The position numbers and the translations under genes are program-made. DNA of 64,000 nucleotides. Source: Trichosphaerium sp. ATCC 40318 (Eukaryota; Protista; Tubulinea). Under the pieces are notes generated by a model. That model saw nothing but the letters and a program-made list of their open reading frames with translations, was not told the origin of the DNA and made no database searches. Shown here piece after piece: positions 1 to 14,200 of the stretch. The stretch is taken from assembly GCA_038496445.1 (NCBI GenBank), contig JALMLS010000354.1:124001-188000 (forward strand). The letters run 5' to 3'. Position 1 is the first letter of the stretch. Every line of letters begins with the position of its first letter.

Positions 1-3000
1 ATCTCTCCAGGACGAGCTATCGCGTGAGACATCTACTGACATTGTAACGGGTATGTCCACCATTATTACCCCTTTTTTTTTTTGACATATTTACCGTAGT
101 TGTGATATCATACGCGATCATGTTTCTTTATGTTGCCGTCGCTTTGGGAAGCATACGGTCACCATTTGGCGTGCACACTAAATTTTTACTCGGGCTTTGG
201 GGTGTTCTAATGGTACTCATGGCTCTTGTCATGGCACTAGGTACATATCAACGGCAACTCCTGCAACCCAATCGCGCTAACCACAGCCAACCTAGGTGTC
301 GCTGGATTTGCTGGGATACATGCCACTTTGATCATATCTGAAGTTATACCGTTTTTGGTGCTGGCGATTGGTGTTGACAATATCTTTATTCTTGTCGAAA
401 CATTCCAATCAACAGGTACCACCATCTTAGTTTTGTTATTCTATCCCTATTGTATTATTAACTGATTCATAGACTCGTCACTTTCTCCTCAAGACAGAAT
501 GGCGGCTACAATGGAAAAGGTAATCCGCCAAATATCATTTGTTTCAAAATCATTTTTGTATTTACTTTTGGATGGTTAAATAGGTTGGAACATCAATCAC
601 TATGGCTTCCATGTCTGAAGCCCTAGCGTTTTTACTTGGTATTTTGACGCGAATGCCTGCGGTAGTAGGTGCGAAAAAACCCAAAAAGATGAAAAAGTAG
701 TAGTGGTAGTTGGCTGACTGCCTGTTAGCGTTCTCAATGTACTCCTCATTGGCCATCTTGTTTGACTACTTGCTGCAAATCACCTGCTTTTGTGCAATGA
801 TGGCTATCGACGCACGTAGAACCAGTGCCAATCGCATTGACTGCGTGCCATGCATCCGTGTACGCTAAGGAACCATTTAAGCCTGGTTTTTAGTCCGCTT
901 CCTATTAATCTCGGTGTAGCTCAAAGCTGAAGAGTCGTGGCAGTCACGTGAGACCCTGAAGGCAAAGGAAGAAGCTGGCATTATAAGATCTGTGTTCCAT
1001 AGATTCTATGCACCATTCATCTTACATCCAGTTGTCAAGTTCGTTGCAGTCATATTGTTTGTTGGTGCGCTATTTACCAACAATATCCCTTTTATTGTTA
1101 GAAAAGAAACGAAAGTTGTGTACAACAAAATCCTTATTTTGACATGTAGGTCTTTTTGTCATGTGTGTCAATATTGTTGGGAATGGCGTACCTCAAGGTC
1201 TAGAGCAGCAAATTGCGTTGCCTCAAGATTCATACTTGCAAGACTACTTTGACGAACAGGCTGATCTCTTCAAGGTACGCATCTACAACTCCTTCACACG
1301 CAAGGTAGTGCTAACTGGCCCGTCGTTAGGTTGGCGCGCCTATTTATTGGGTGATAAAGGAGCCATACAATTATTCAGCGATTGCGCTACAAAACAAGTG
1401 CGTTCATACATTATTTACAAGTATGCTGTATTGTCATTGAGGCTAATGTGCGTACCTCGTGTAGATTGTGTGCGCTGGGCGCTGGTGTAGACGGCTGTAA
1501 AGCAGGCTCGTTGAGGAATAAATTGGGTGCAGGCACGTGATTTGCTTTATAAAGACACAACAACCACACTGCTTTCCTACTGGCTAATGTCTTTTTGTAG
1601 AAGCACTTATACCAGATCGCTCTTACTTGAGTGGCGCTATCAGCTCGTGGTTAGACACGTACATTGAATGGCTACATGCAACACGAACATGTGCGTCAAG
1701 AGGGCGGGGAGGCCAATTTTGTTGGCATAATTAAAGCAACTCTGAGACTAAATGCGACATATAGGTTGTAGACAATACAAGAACACAGCAGAGTTCGAGT
1801 TCTGTCCTCCTGAAGAAACGGACAGTAGTTTATGTGAACCATGCATAGATCCTTCCGAATTGAATAAACTCGAAATTCGGCTGGGTAGACCTCCTCCACA
1901 AAAGTTTTACGATCTATTTCCAATCTTTTTGCGAAGCACATGCACGGCAGTACGATAGAATTCGTGGTTGAAAAAAAAAAAAATATGGAGCTGATTCAAT
2001 TGATAGGCTTGCGCTCTTTGCGGTGAAGGTTTTCAAGGAGACACTACCTACTTTGATGGTAACTATGACATGCCCCAACTAATGGTGAGCTAACTTTAAT
2101 TGATAGCTTCTGGCAACAATCTGACTATGCCTCTGAATAAATCCGGACTTGGGCTGAATGTAACCATTGGCGCAACTCGATTCATGGGCTACCACACAAC
2201 GCTACGGGACCAGAATGAATTCATTGCAGCACTCAAAGTACGAGACTAATCCTTCTTCTGGTTTTTTTGTGTATCTATATCATCACACCCAACTAAGTAA
2301 TAATAGTCGGCGCGCAAGATATCAGACACTTTAAAGGAGACGCTCAATATCGAGATTTTCCCATACTCGGTATTTTATATTTTCTTTGAGCAATACCTCT
2401 ACATCAACAGAGTAACGCTCATGTGTCTTGGTCTAGCACTTGGTACGTCTCACCATCCCCTATGTGCAATCTGACAAGTACTCTAGCCGCAGTTTTCGTT
2501 GTGACACTATTGCTCATGGGTAATGTGGCAATGTCTGTCATGGTCACCCTCATGATGGCAATGATTGAAGTCGACATAATCGCTATCGTTAGCCTTTGGG
2601 GAGTGCGTCTCTTGTTAATTCAAAATCTACATTCACCAGAATATCTATTAATCTTATCAATTAGGTCCATCTGAACGCGGTATCTGTTGTCAATTTGGTT
2701 ATGGCTATTGGTATCTCGGTTGAGTTTTGTGTGCACATCGCCGTAAGATAACAAAAAATTTATATTACGTGTAATCTCATGCTTTGCAATAGAATTCCTT
2801 CATGTCACAGGTGGGTACTCGACAGTCCCGTGCCCACAAAGCACTCGTGGACATGGGTAGTGCCGTATTTAAAGGTATCACAATCACGAAATTTCTTGGT
2901 GTTGTTGTTCTAGCGTTTGCGAATTCAGATATCTTCAGGTACCTCTTTTTTTTTTTGTAAATATTTGATGAGAATTTTTTGTTAACAACACATACAATAG

Positions 3001-3127
3001 GGTTTATTACTTCCGCATGTATTTCATGATAGTTATTGTTGGTGCAACACATGGCCTGTTGTTTTGGCCAATTGTATTAAGTTTAATGGGTCCAAACACT
3101 AAAAAGAAAGTGTGCAGTCTCTTTTGA
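1..3127 (+). CDS. NPC1: Niemann-Pick C1-like sterol transporter, 5'-partial, multi-exon
   Basis: Spliced exons give SLQDELSRET..ISYAIMFLYVAVALG, EVIPFLVLAIGVDNIFILV (sterol-sensing domain), GLEQQIALPQDSYLQDYF, FPYSVFYIFFEQYL, LNAVSVVNLVMAIGISVEFCVHI, HGLLFWPIVLSLMGP; TGA at 3125-3127 followed by AATAAA. Confidence 0.95.
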
Positions 3128-3194
3128 ATTGTTTGTGTAAAATAAACACCCTATTGTTGCACTTTGTTACAAATCCTTTTATTTAGATCTTTAG

Positions 3195-6091
3195 CTAGTT
3201 TACTGCTAGGCTTGCTAATTGCCTTGCCAAGATATCTTTTTTGTACATGCCACACACTTGGATGGCGTAATTTAACACCAGGCTCTTTTCTGTAATACCT
3301 CCTTTCACGCTTTCCAAAGCCTCAACCACAAATGTAGAGTCACCTCTGCCCGGAGTACGTATAGCCTTGCGTAAGGTTTCTTTTACCGTGCGGTTGTGCT
3401 TCTGTTCCTTTTGTTGTACACGTCGTTTTATGGTTGAAGGTTTTACGCTAGGCAGCTCAGCGCTACCGTTGGCATCTGGCAAGTCCTCTTCGTCCACTGT
3501 GGAGTCTGAGTCGGGTTCTGATTCTACATCAACCGGCTCATCTACCGTCTTTTGCTTTTTGGAAGGCGGTCCACCCTCCATTTTGGGCGCTGCTCTTTTG
3601 TTACCACTGATATTATTGGACCCTTGTTGATTAATGAGGTCGGCTGCCTCGTCCACAGCTTGCAAGTGGTGGCGCATTCCGCTTTTTTTTTTCTTGAGGA
3701 AAGGATTGCCAAACGTCATCCGCAATCCTTGTGCATTCGGATCCAGTGGCCGGAGGGTTTGTTTTTTCAACAAGACTTCTTGGTAGTTGCCCATTTGCGA
3801 TATTGGGACAGAATGCTTTTGATCTACATTTATGTGTTATTTCTATGTTTGAAAAAAGGTAAATGGAAACGCCATTTCTGGTGCGCTGCTCATCTTACCT
3901 ACAGCACGTGATGCCTTTGGATTGCTTATCCGACCGCGCAACATTTGCAGTACATTTATCAACTCGGTACGGGGGATATCAAACGGGTTACGTATGCGGC
4001 CAACATCGCCTTGAAACACAAATGTCAACAATTCTTTTTTTTCGGATTTGGGGTTGTGTTGGATGGGTACGTACCTATCACATCGCTCTTGCTCCCACTA
4101 AATCGTTTGGTTGTATAGTCGTAGTGCGGTGGCACGTGGGGCGTTCTCTTATCCTTGCGTTGATCTTCTACAAATTTGGCATACAGCTTAGCATCTGACG
4201 CACAAGGCATGTCGTGGTTAGTCGGGGAAGAATCAAGTGCTTTACAAAGAGGGTCGTACCTTGCGTTATGGCATTCAGCCGCTGCCCAAGTTCGTAGCTC
4301 ACACCAACATCTTGGAACTTATCTAGTGTACTCTGAATGCCATGGTACCGCTTCAAGACTAGTAACAGCTCCGGTTTAGTACTTCCATGGCCCACCTACA
4401 AAAGTTTCTGTGGCGTACCGTTTTTAAGGTATGGTATGTAGTAGAACGGGGCTGTGTGCATGTAAACGTCGAGCTCTTGTCTCAACTGTGAAGTTCCTCT
4501 TCCTTGAAAAGGATGGAGCTGATGCAAAATTGAAAAGAGGCGCGGGTAGTCGTAAGGTAAGATAAACATTGTCACGCTCTTTCCACTGCCCCTCAAATAC
4601 CCAAATGGCACTAGACCGTGGGCTGGTGAGCTAGAGCCAGCTATGTACACCTAAGCGCATAATAAATACTAGGTTTAAACGGAAACTCGTACGTGCCTGA
4701 TAGGCCTTTGTGGAATTGCTCTTTAGTATCCAATCTGTGATTGAGTTTTTTTCTATGAGGTATTTGTCCACAGGAAACCCTTCTGGTATGCGGGGATCTG
4801 ATCCGCTGCGGGATACTAATATATTGGGGTACGCACTGCGGGGTGGCTATACAAACTTTAGTAACAACAACAACGCACATTCTCTAAAAATTGTGTTGCA
4901 AGGAGGAAGGGGGTGTGTGGTACCAGTGTCGATGATTTGGATGTTAGGTAAAATTCCTCAGGTATTGGCCAATGGCAAGGGTTCTGCCCGTTTTGAGGAT
5001 AAATTGTTGATTTTGGCTAAAGGAGTACAATGACGAGTTAGTCTACAAGGTACATGTAAAGTATAGAGGAGCACGTACCACAGACAATGGTCTAACACTC
5101 CCACGCTCACGCTGTGTGAAGGCGACTGTTAAGCCTTGTTGTGCTGATACTTTGCGCAATATGGCTTCAATCGCCTGTTGCACCTGCTGCATCGAACCGC
5201 ACGCATGAATCTTAGCGCCAATCTCTTTTGCAATACCAGCGTGCAGTGGAGGTATAGTCATGTGCGGTTTTCCGCCACGCAAGCCTGAAAGTCTGAGTAG
5301 AATGCTAAATGCGTGTTGATCCCATCGCACGATCCCTCAAAAACGCGTTAGCAAACTATCACAACAGTCCTATTCTAGAAAATACAGGGTGATGGCTGCA
5401 AAAGTGAGTACCTTTAAAAAAATCGCCACCAGGCAATTTGGACTGTTTGTGAAAATTAGCACGTGCAACAAAAAAATAAAAAACACAAGAAAATAGAGCG
5501 ATTAACTACTGCTGTACCTCAGGAATGTATCCACCCGTTGCATCTCCCTGTCCTGATGTGAACCCCCCACCGTTGCTCAACAGTATGACGCAACCTGGCT
5601 CTGCTATCCATGGAGCCCTGCCCTGGAGTTGCATGTAAGTTAATTAATGTCTTGGCAACCCCATGCGAACACGTACCTGGGAGAAGTTATCGATACCTAC
5701 TTCCATACGATACAAGTTGAGTAAATCGAAGCCGCTTCTTAGGGCAGCACCAGGATCGCTAAGACCACTTGCACGCAAATTTTTTAGTTTGTCTAGAAAC
5801 ACGGTAAACGTGTCCTTCCAGCCAACCTATGTGGTTTGAGCATCGTAACGTTGGTATCACGCACCTTTATAGCGTTAGCGCCCTTATCGGATGTAACAAG
5901 CAAATAACGATCATTACGCGCGCTTTGATCGCGTGCCCGAAGCTTTACAAACATTTCTATGGCGCTCTTCGCGCAATCAAGAATTGTCATGCCTAAAATT
6001 GTTTTAATAGTATGTAAGGCGTCCAATACGTACCACTCGCAGACCGCTGGTTCATTGAGCCTGATGTGTCTACTACAAAAACAAATATCAT
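3195..6091 (-). CDS. INTS6: Integrator complex subunit 6 (vWA domain, INTS6/DDX26 family)
   Basis: N-terminus MIFVFVVDTSGSMNQR (ATG at 6091), RWDQ, PFGYLR, FILPYDYP, MGNYQE...FGNPF motifs typical of INTS6. Confidence 0.9.
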
Positions 6092-6219
6092 CGCAGCGCA
6101 TTAAAAAAAACCGTTAGAAGACTATTGACAACTGGTGTGACGTTGCGTTGGTTGAGTACGAATTGTAAATTTGGTTGTTTTAAGTCTAACTGCTCTTCCT
6201 TAAACACACTCTACGTGCG

Positions 6220-8677
<2,458 letters not shown>

Positions 8678-8735
8678 AAACACCACATCAAACACGTGTC
8701 ACCTTTTTACATCATGAAACGCTTCATGTCGCCAT

Positions 8736-10538
8736 CTAGTTGGTAGAGACATCGTCGTCGGCTTCCACTTCTAAAAGATTGTAGTAGTGAGCGAAAGACC
8801 AGATATATATAAAGTGATAAAAACAGTGTTACCTAGAAGTCCATCATTGAAGTCAGTTGAAATAAAATTCTGCAATCTAGGATCATCCTCCGTAGTCTGA
8901 TCTTGATTTCAAGTGTTAATAAAATGACATGACAAAGTATGGTAATAAATACCTTTTGTCAACAGCGATCGTTGCGTCAAAAGGGAAATCACACAGCCTG
9001 TGTGCACAAATACAATCTTTGTGTTGGTATTAATGCTCAGCGCTCCATTTAGCAGTTGTTCGCGAAATGCAAAATAGGCCGGTGCAGATAAGGCCTATCA
9101 GACATAAACTACCGAAAACATATCCAAAAAAAAAAAGGATTATGTCCTCATTTCATTTGAAGAGTCACGCACTGGATCTAAAACGATACCCTCTGCTTGT
9201 GCCAAGTGACGCATTGCACGATTAATATCTATCAATAACGTTGTAAGCTATATTCGTCGGTGCTGAGTGACTAGTATACTGACCTGGTCTGTATGACTCA
9301 TCACGATATCTATCTAGCAGTACGTAGTGACCAGCATGATAATTAGTACCATACGCTACCGTAAGGTGTAAGATACTTTATTACTTTAAGGGCCCTAAAG
9401 GTTGTATGGTTAGACACGTGCCTTTGTTAAAGTCTTTGTGAAGTCGTTGGATTGCATGTCGGACTTGTTGCTCAGTGTGCTTAATGCTAACGCCGACTAC
9501 CTTCAAGTGCTTACAGTTGAATACTTGTCTACCGATAAGAATACCAGCTAAGGCGTGCGCACGGTTAGCGTGGGCTGGGATGAGAAAAATTGTTACCAAG
9601 GCTAGTTCCTGTATCGACTGGTACGATAACGTGGGTAGGTTTTATTTTACTCAAGTCTACAAGCTCTCTGACCTAGAGCGCAGGATTTAAATAAATTAAA
9701 CACGTGCGCCATGGTAATTTTGAAACAAAATAAAGAATTGTATTGTAGCTTACCAGATCCACGTAGCCCCACAACCCCGCAGGCGTGCTTCCTCCCTCTG
9801 GGATAAAGTAAGGAATCTCTCTAATGCGGCGTGTTACTAAGGTTCGAAATGGATTTTGTGTTGGTACCCTTTTCTGAGTAATCGAGTACAGAGACTGTCT
9901 ACACGTTGTGCTATTCTCGTGTATTGCGATTTGTCAAGATACTCTATCGCAGCGCCTACATACCAATTCAGTGGTTTCTGTAATGCGGCAATTGAGAGTG
10001 CTTCACGTACCGCACATTTCCATCAAGAATAAATTTGGTTTCGGAACACCGCTGGGTTTTTCTCCTCGCAAGAACAAGTAGCAATCCATGTTCATTTGCC
10101 TGGCTGTGATGGCACATGTTCTGTTCAAGAAAAAGATTGTGACATTTCAACTACAACAGCTTTCTATGACTACCACAACTGTACCTGCACCAATCAGAAT
10201 CTGGAGAATCACCGTATGTGATAATGACAGTTGCCTGCTTCGTTTTGGCCTCATGCATGATAAATTCAAGTTTGCGCACCTAGTTAGAGCGTTTACCATC
10301 AAATGTATGACACTGTGTTATATTTAATTAAATAGATACGTACAGTACAACCATCAGCAGCACTAGCTCCCACGTTATCATCTCGCTTTATGTAGAGCTT
10401 TTCTTTTAAAGACTTGCTGACATTGTCCAACGGTGCCAATTGAGAAGGTAACGAACATAAAGATACCTTGTGGGGCCGTATAAGATCTGGGAAAGCCTTT
10501 TTAGCAGTAGACGAGGCGCCACCGCCAAAACTGAACAT
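8736..10538 (-). CDS. D-cysteine desulfhydrase / ACC deaminase-like PLP fold-type II protein, lacking the PLP-binding lysine
   Basis: LYIKRDD...VRKLEF, YFIPEGGS..GLWGY, LAQAEGIVLDPV, IVFVHTG motifs; the GGNK motif reads DGCT. Confidence 0.8.
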
Positions 10539-11276
10539 GCTTCTGTATCAACAGTAATGTGTCACTTAATGCCGAACTCTTAACAAGGAACTAGGCGATT
10601 TTACTCGCACGTGACTTTAAAAAAACCCGATAAATTGTGCTTGGATGCCCAGTGGTGCAGATCTGACATTGTTATGTAGCCAGAAATTAAAGTAGCAAAA
10701 GCAAAATTACGTTACTTATACCAAACTTGGAACTGAGGAGCAGTTTATTATACAAGCAAGGTATTAGGTGTAAGACTGTAAGCTTCGCTTGGGTAGGCTG
10801 GTAGTACCTTGATCTCCGGTGGTATTTTCCTTGGTTTGCAAGCACTTACGCCGCCTGCAACGACAAGATTCCACGTATGTTTAAAGCTGGGATGTGTCAA
10901 ATCTGTGTCTATAAGGTGTATTAATCAGTAGTGTACTCTAATCAACCATTTCAATGAAACTAGAATAATTTACTTGTGGCTGGATGGACATCTTTTCCTC
11001 TATCACCATATTCTTTCGCTAAGTATTTTACACTATGGCGAGTAAGAGCTATGTTCTTTGGTTTACAGTACTTACCTGTAAAACACGTGTGGTTATAATA
11101 CTCAAAAACACATTCCAAATACCTTCGTATACTCCGTGCGTGTTCAAAAGCGATGTAAGTTTGTTTTAAAAGTCCAACTAATCTTATCCGCAAGAAAAAG
11201 TACCCAAGTTGGTGAATTATCAAGTTTATTCAGAAAGCCTTCTTTTCGAATACCTACCAGTACATTGCATGACGTT

Positions 11277-14200
11277 ATGAGTGAAGCGGACAAGTACGTT
11301 TTGTGATGCGTTAGCAATTTATAACAAAAGGTCGCACAGAATACGCAGGAAAAATCCACACATATGGCTACGGGCAGAGCTAAACCCAGAAGAGACAAGT
11401 ACATACATTTTTACGCTTTTTACGACTTTTCTCACTCTTTTTCGCGTAGGAGCGCCTCTGACGCCTGCACACGCTAAAGAATTGATTGGCCTCGGTTTTA
11501 AAGGTTGTTTTAGATGATTTCTCCAAGTTCATTCTTAATGTCAACCATTAGTTACCGTAGAACATTCACAAACGCGTACTTTTACAGACGCAGAATACAA
11601 AGAAGCAGGGTGCGCACAGCTTACAGCGTTTTGTTAAATGTTGCCAGCTGCTCGCTTGTTGGTAGCGGGGAATGGAAGGATGGGGATCCACATGCCGTAA
11701 TTCTAGGCCTTGGCGCACTTCCTGCTGGCGGAAATGTACGTGACAAGCAGCACAATTTAGTCAGTTGCTTGCGAACACTCTAATTAAGAGTGCGATCAGT
11801 GGTAGAGTTCTTACAAGCGGTAGGCTGATTCACCACTTTTACATCGCCATTTGTACTTTGGCTACGCCTTTAAAAAGCAGCATGCCTGGCGCGAGCTCTT
11901 ACTGCGCTATCTATTTGGAGGTGGTAAGTTACACAGTCTGCAATATTTTTGTTTACCGTAGTAACGTTGTGCGGCAGGTACACTACTTGACATTGAGTAT
12001 TTGGTCGATGACAACGGCAAACGCCTTACATCTTTCGGTAATATGGCGGGTTATATTGGTATGGCCGCAGGTGTGCTCGCCTGGGCGAGACAAGAGCTCT
12101 CACAAGTACGCAAAGAAAATGTCACAACGTCCAAGTAAGTGCATGTTTTTGACATTCACATGTAGGTAAAAATCAAAATCCCGAAAAACATGTTAAAGGA
12201 CATGGACGACACACCATTTTTTGACTACTTGAAAACATTACTTCAAACGGCTGTTACGTTCGCCAAAAGAGAACCAAAGGTTGTTGTAATTGGAGCGAAT
12301 GGATTGGTTGGTACAGGTACTTACTGACAGTCTCCAGGCTATCTCTCTGTTTGCAACCCAAATTATTATTATGCACGACTCTAAATCGTTTTCGTTAAGG
12401 CGCTGTTCTGATGGCTAACAAACTGGGCATACATGTGGACAAGTGGACTCGCAAGGAAACAAGTGAGCCAGGGCCATATCCTGTATTGTCAACAGATTAT
12501 GACATCTTGTTGAATGCAATCAAACTCGACAAGACTTGTGATACACCCTTCCTCACTGAAAATCTTGTTCGTGATCCTGCGCGATCTTTATCCGTTGTAG
12601 TGGACGTCAGTTGCGATTTTAAAAATGACAAAGTACGCTTTCATTAATATTAGAGTACGACCAGATACTAATGTAACCGCGTCCTTTAGAATCCTTTGCC
12701 AATCTACCACAAATCCACAACATTTGAAAATCCAACGCTTCGTATTTTGGACAGCGAAAAGAGACCATTGGATGTAATCGCTATCCCTACACTCGCACGG
12801 CTTTTACCCAAAGAATCTAGTCGCAACTTCTCTGGTTTGCTTATCCCACAATTGAAAGAGCTCGCCAACTACGAAACTAGCGCCGTTTGGCGTCGAGTAG
12901 TTAACGTATTTGAAGCCTCTACAAAGGGCATGAAACCACATGTAAGTCTTTTTAATTTAAAGAAAATTTTGGTGAGGAGTACTAAATATTTGATATTAAG
13001 CCGCTACCACGTGCACTGCCTCCAAGAAATCCGCTATCAGGACTACAAACCACTTTAAATCAAAGGCGTATTTGGGATTTGCATAGAACTAACAAAGCTG
13101 CTTTTAATCTGTGTCGTGCAGTGTCTATTGAAGGTACACAGCTATAACAACTATAACAAACCAAATCATCAAGCGTGTTAATCGCTTACATGGCCTTAGG
13201 CACCATCGATCCTCATAAGCTCCAAAAAGCCGCACAGAATGTGGTAGCCTCATCTGAGATTTTGCGCACTACTTTAGCGCTTGATGTTGACAACAAATTG
13301 ATACAATTGACGCAGCAAGATGTGCCAATCACTATTGCAAACAAGGACTTTAGCAGCGCCAACGATTGGGCTTCCAAATTGGACGAGCTATGCGCAGCAG
13401 AGCTACAAGTACTTTGTTCATCACGATCAATCCCAACTGTGCCCTAACACGAATAATAGAAACCATTCGATCTGTCTGTGCCACCACTCATTAGATTAGT
13501 GCTGGTTCGCAAGCCTGGAGGTCACGTACTCGTTGTTGTTGTGCATAGAATCATAGCCGATGATATCAGCGCTGATTACATTTTATTGACTATTCTCAAC
13601 GCCCTTGCTGGCCACCCGAACGCTACCTCCAACGTACCCAGAATACAACTTGTTTGGTAAAAGTTCTAAGTGCACTAAAACCATTTGATAGATACAATTC
13701 GCTGACTTTGCGCACTGGAACAGACAACGTTGGGTTGACCGACAATTGCCACGCAAGGAAGAACAGTCTCCTGTCGTCGCTAAGCCTACTGGAGAAGAAG
13801 AGGGTGTACAGCACTGGAAAGATCAACTCGGTGGCAGTGTACACATATTGCAAGTACCAATGGATAAGCCACGTTCTGCAGACCCAACATATGCTTGCAC
13901 TCGGCAGCGATTTGCTCTATCGATGGAACTTACCAAGAGCATACAACAACTTGCCAAACGAGTTTCCGGCAGACACGTACGCAGCTTGCTAGCTTTCTAA
14001 TATCACGGTACATATTAAGTGGTTATTGAAGGCGCTCTACATTACTTTGTTGTCTGCCTTTAAAGTCATGCTTTACCGGTTTACTCGAGAAGAAGACATT
14101 ATTATCGGGACTCAAGTCGATGGACGTATTCGCCCTAGCTTGCGTAACGTTATTGGCCCTTTTGGTACGTGTTATCACCCTACATACTATTTTTAATGCT

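Noticed and set aside
10640-11270. Possible small spliced gene, or further 5' exons of the Lys1-Lys2 fusion
   Set aside because: Splice-like signals are present but I could not build a convincing stop-free model; needs RNA-seq
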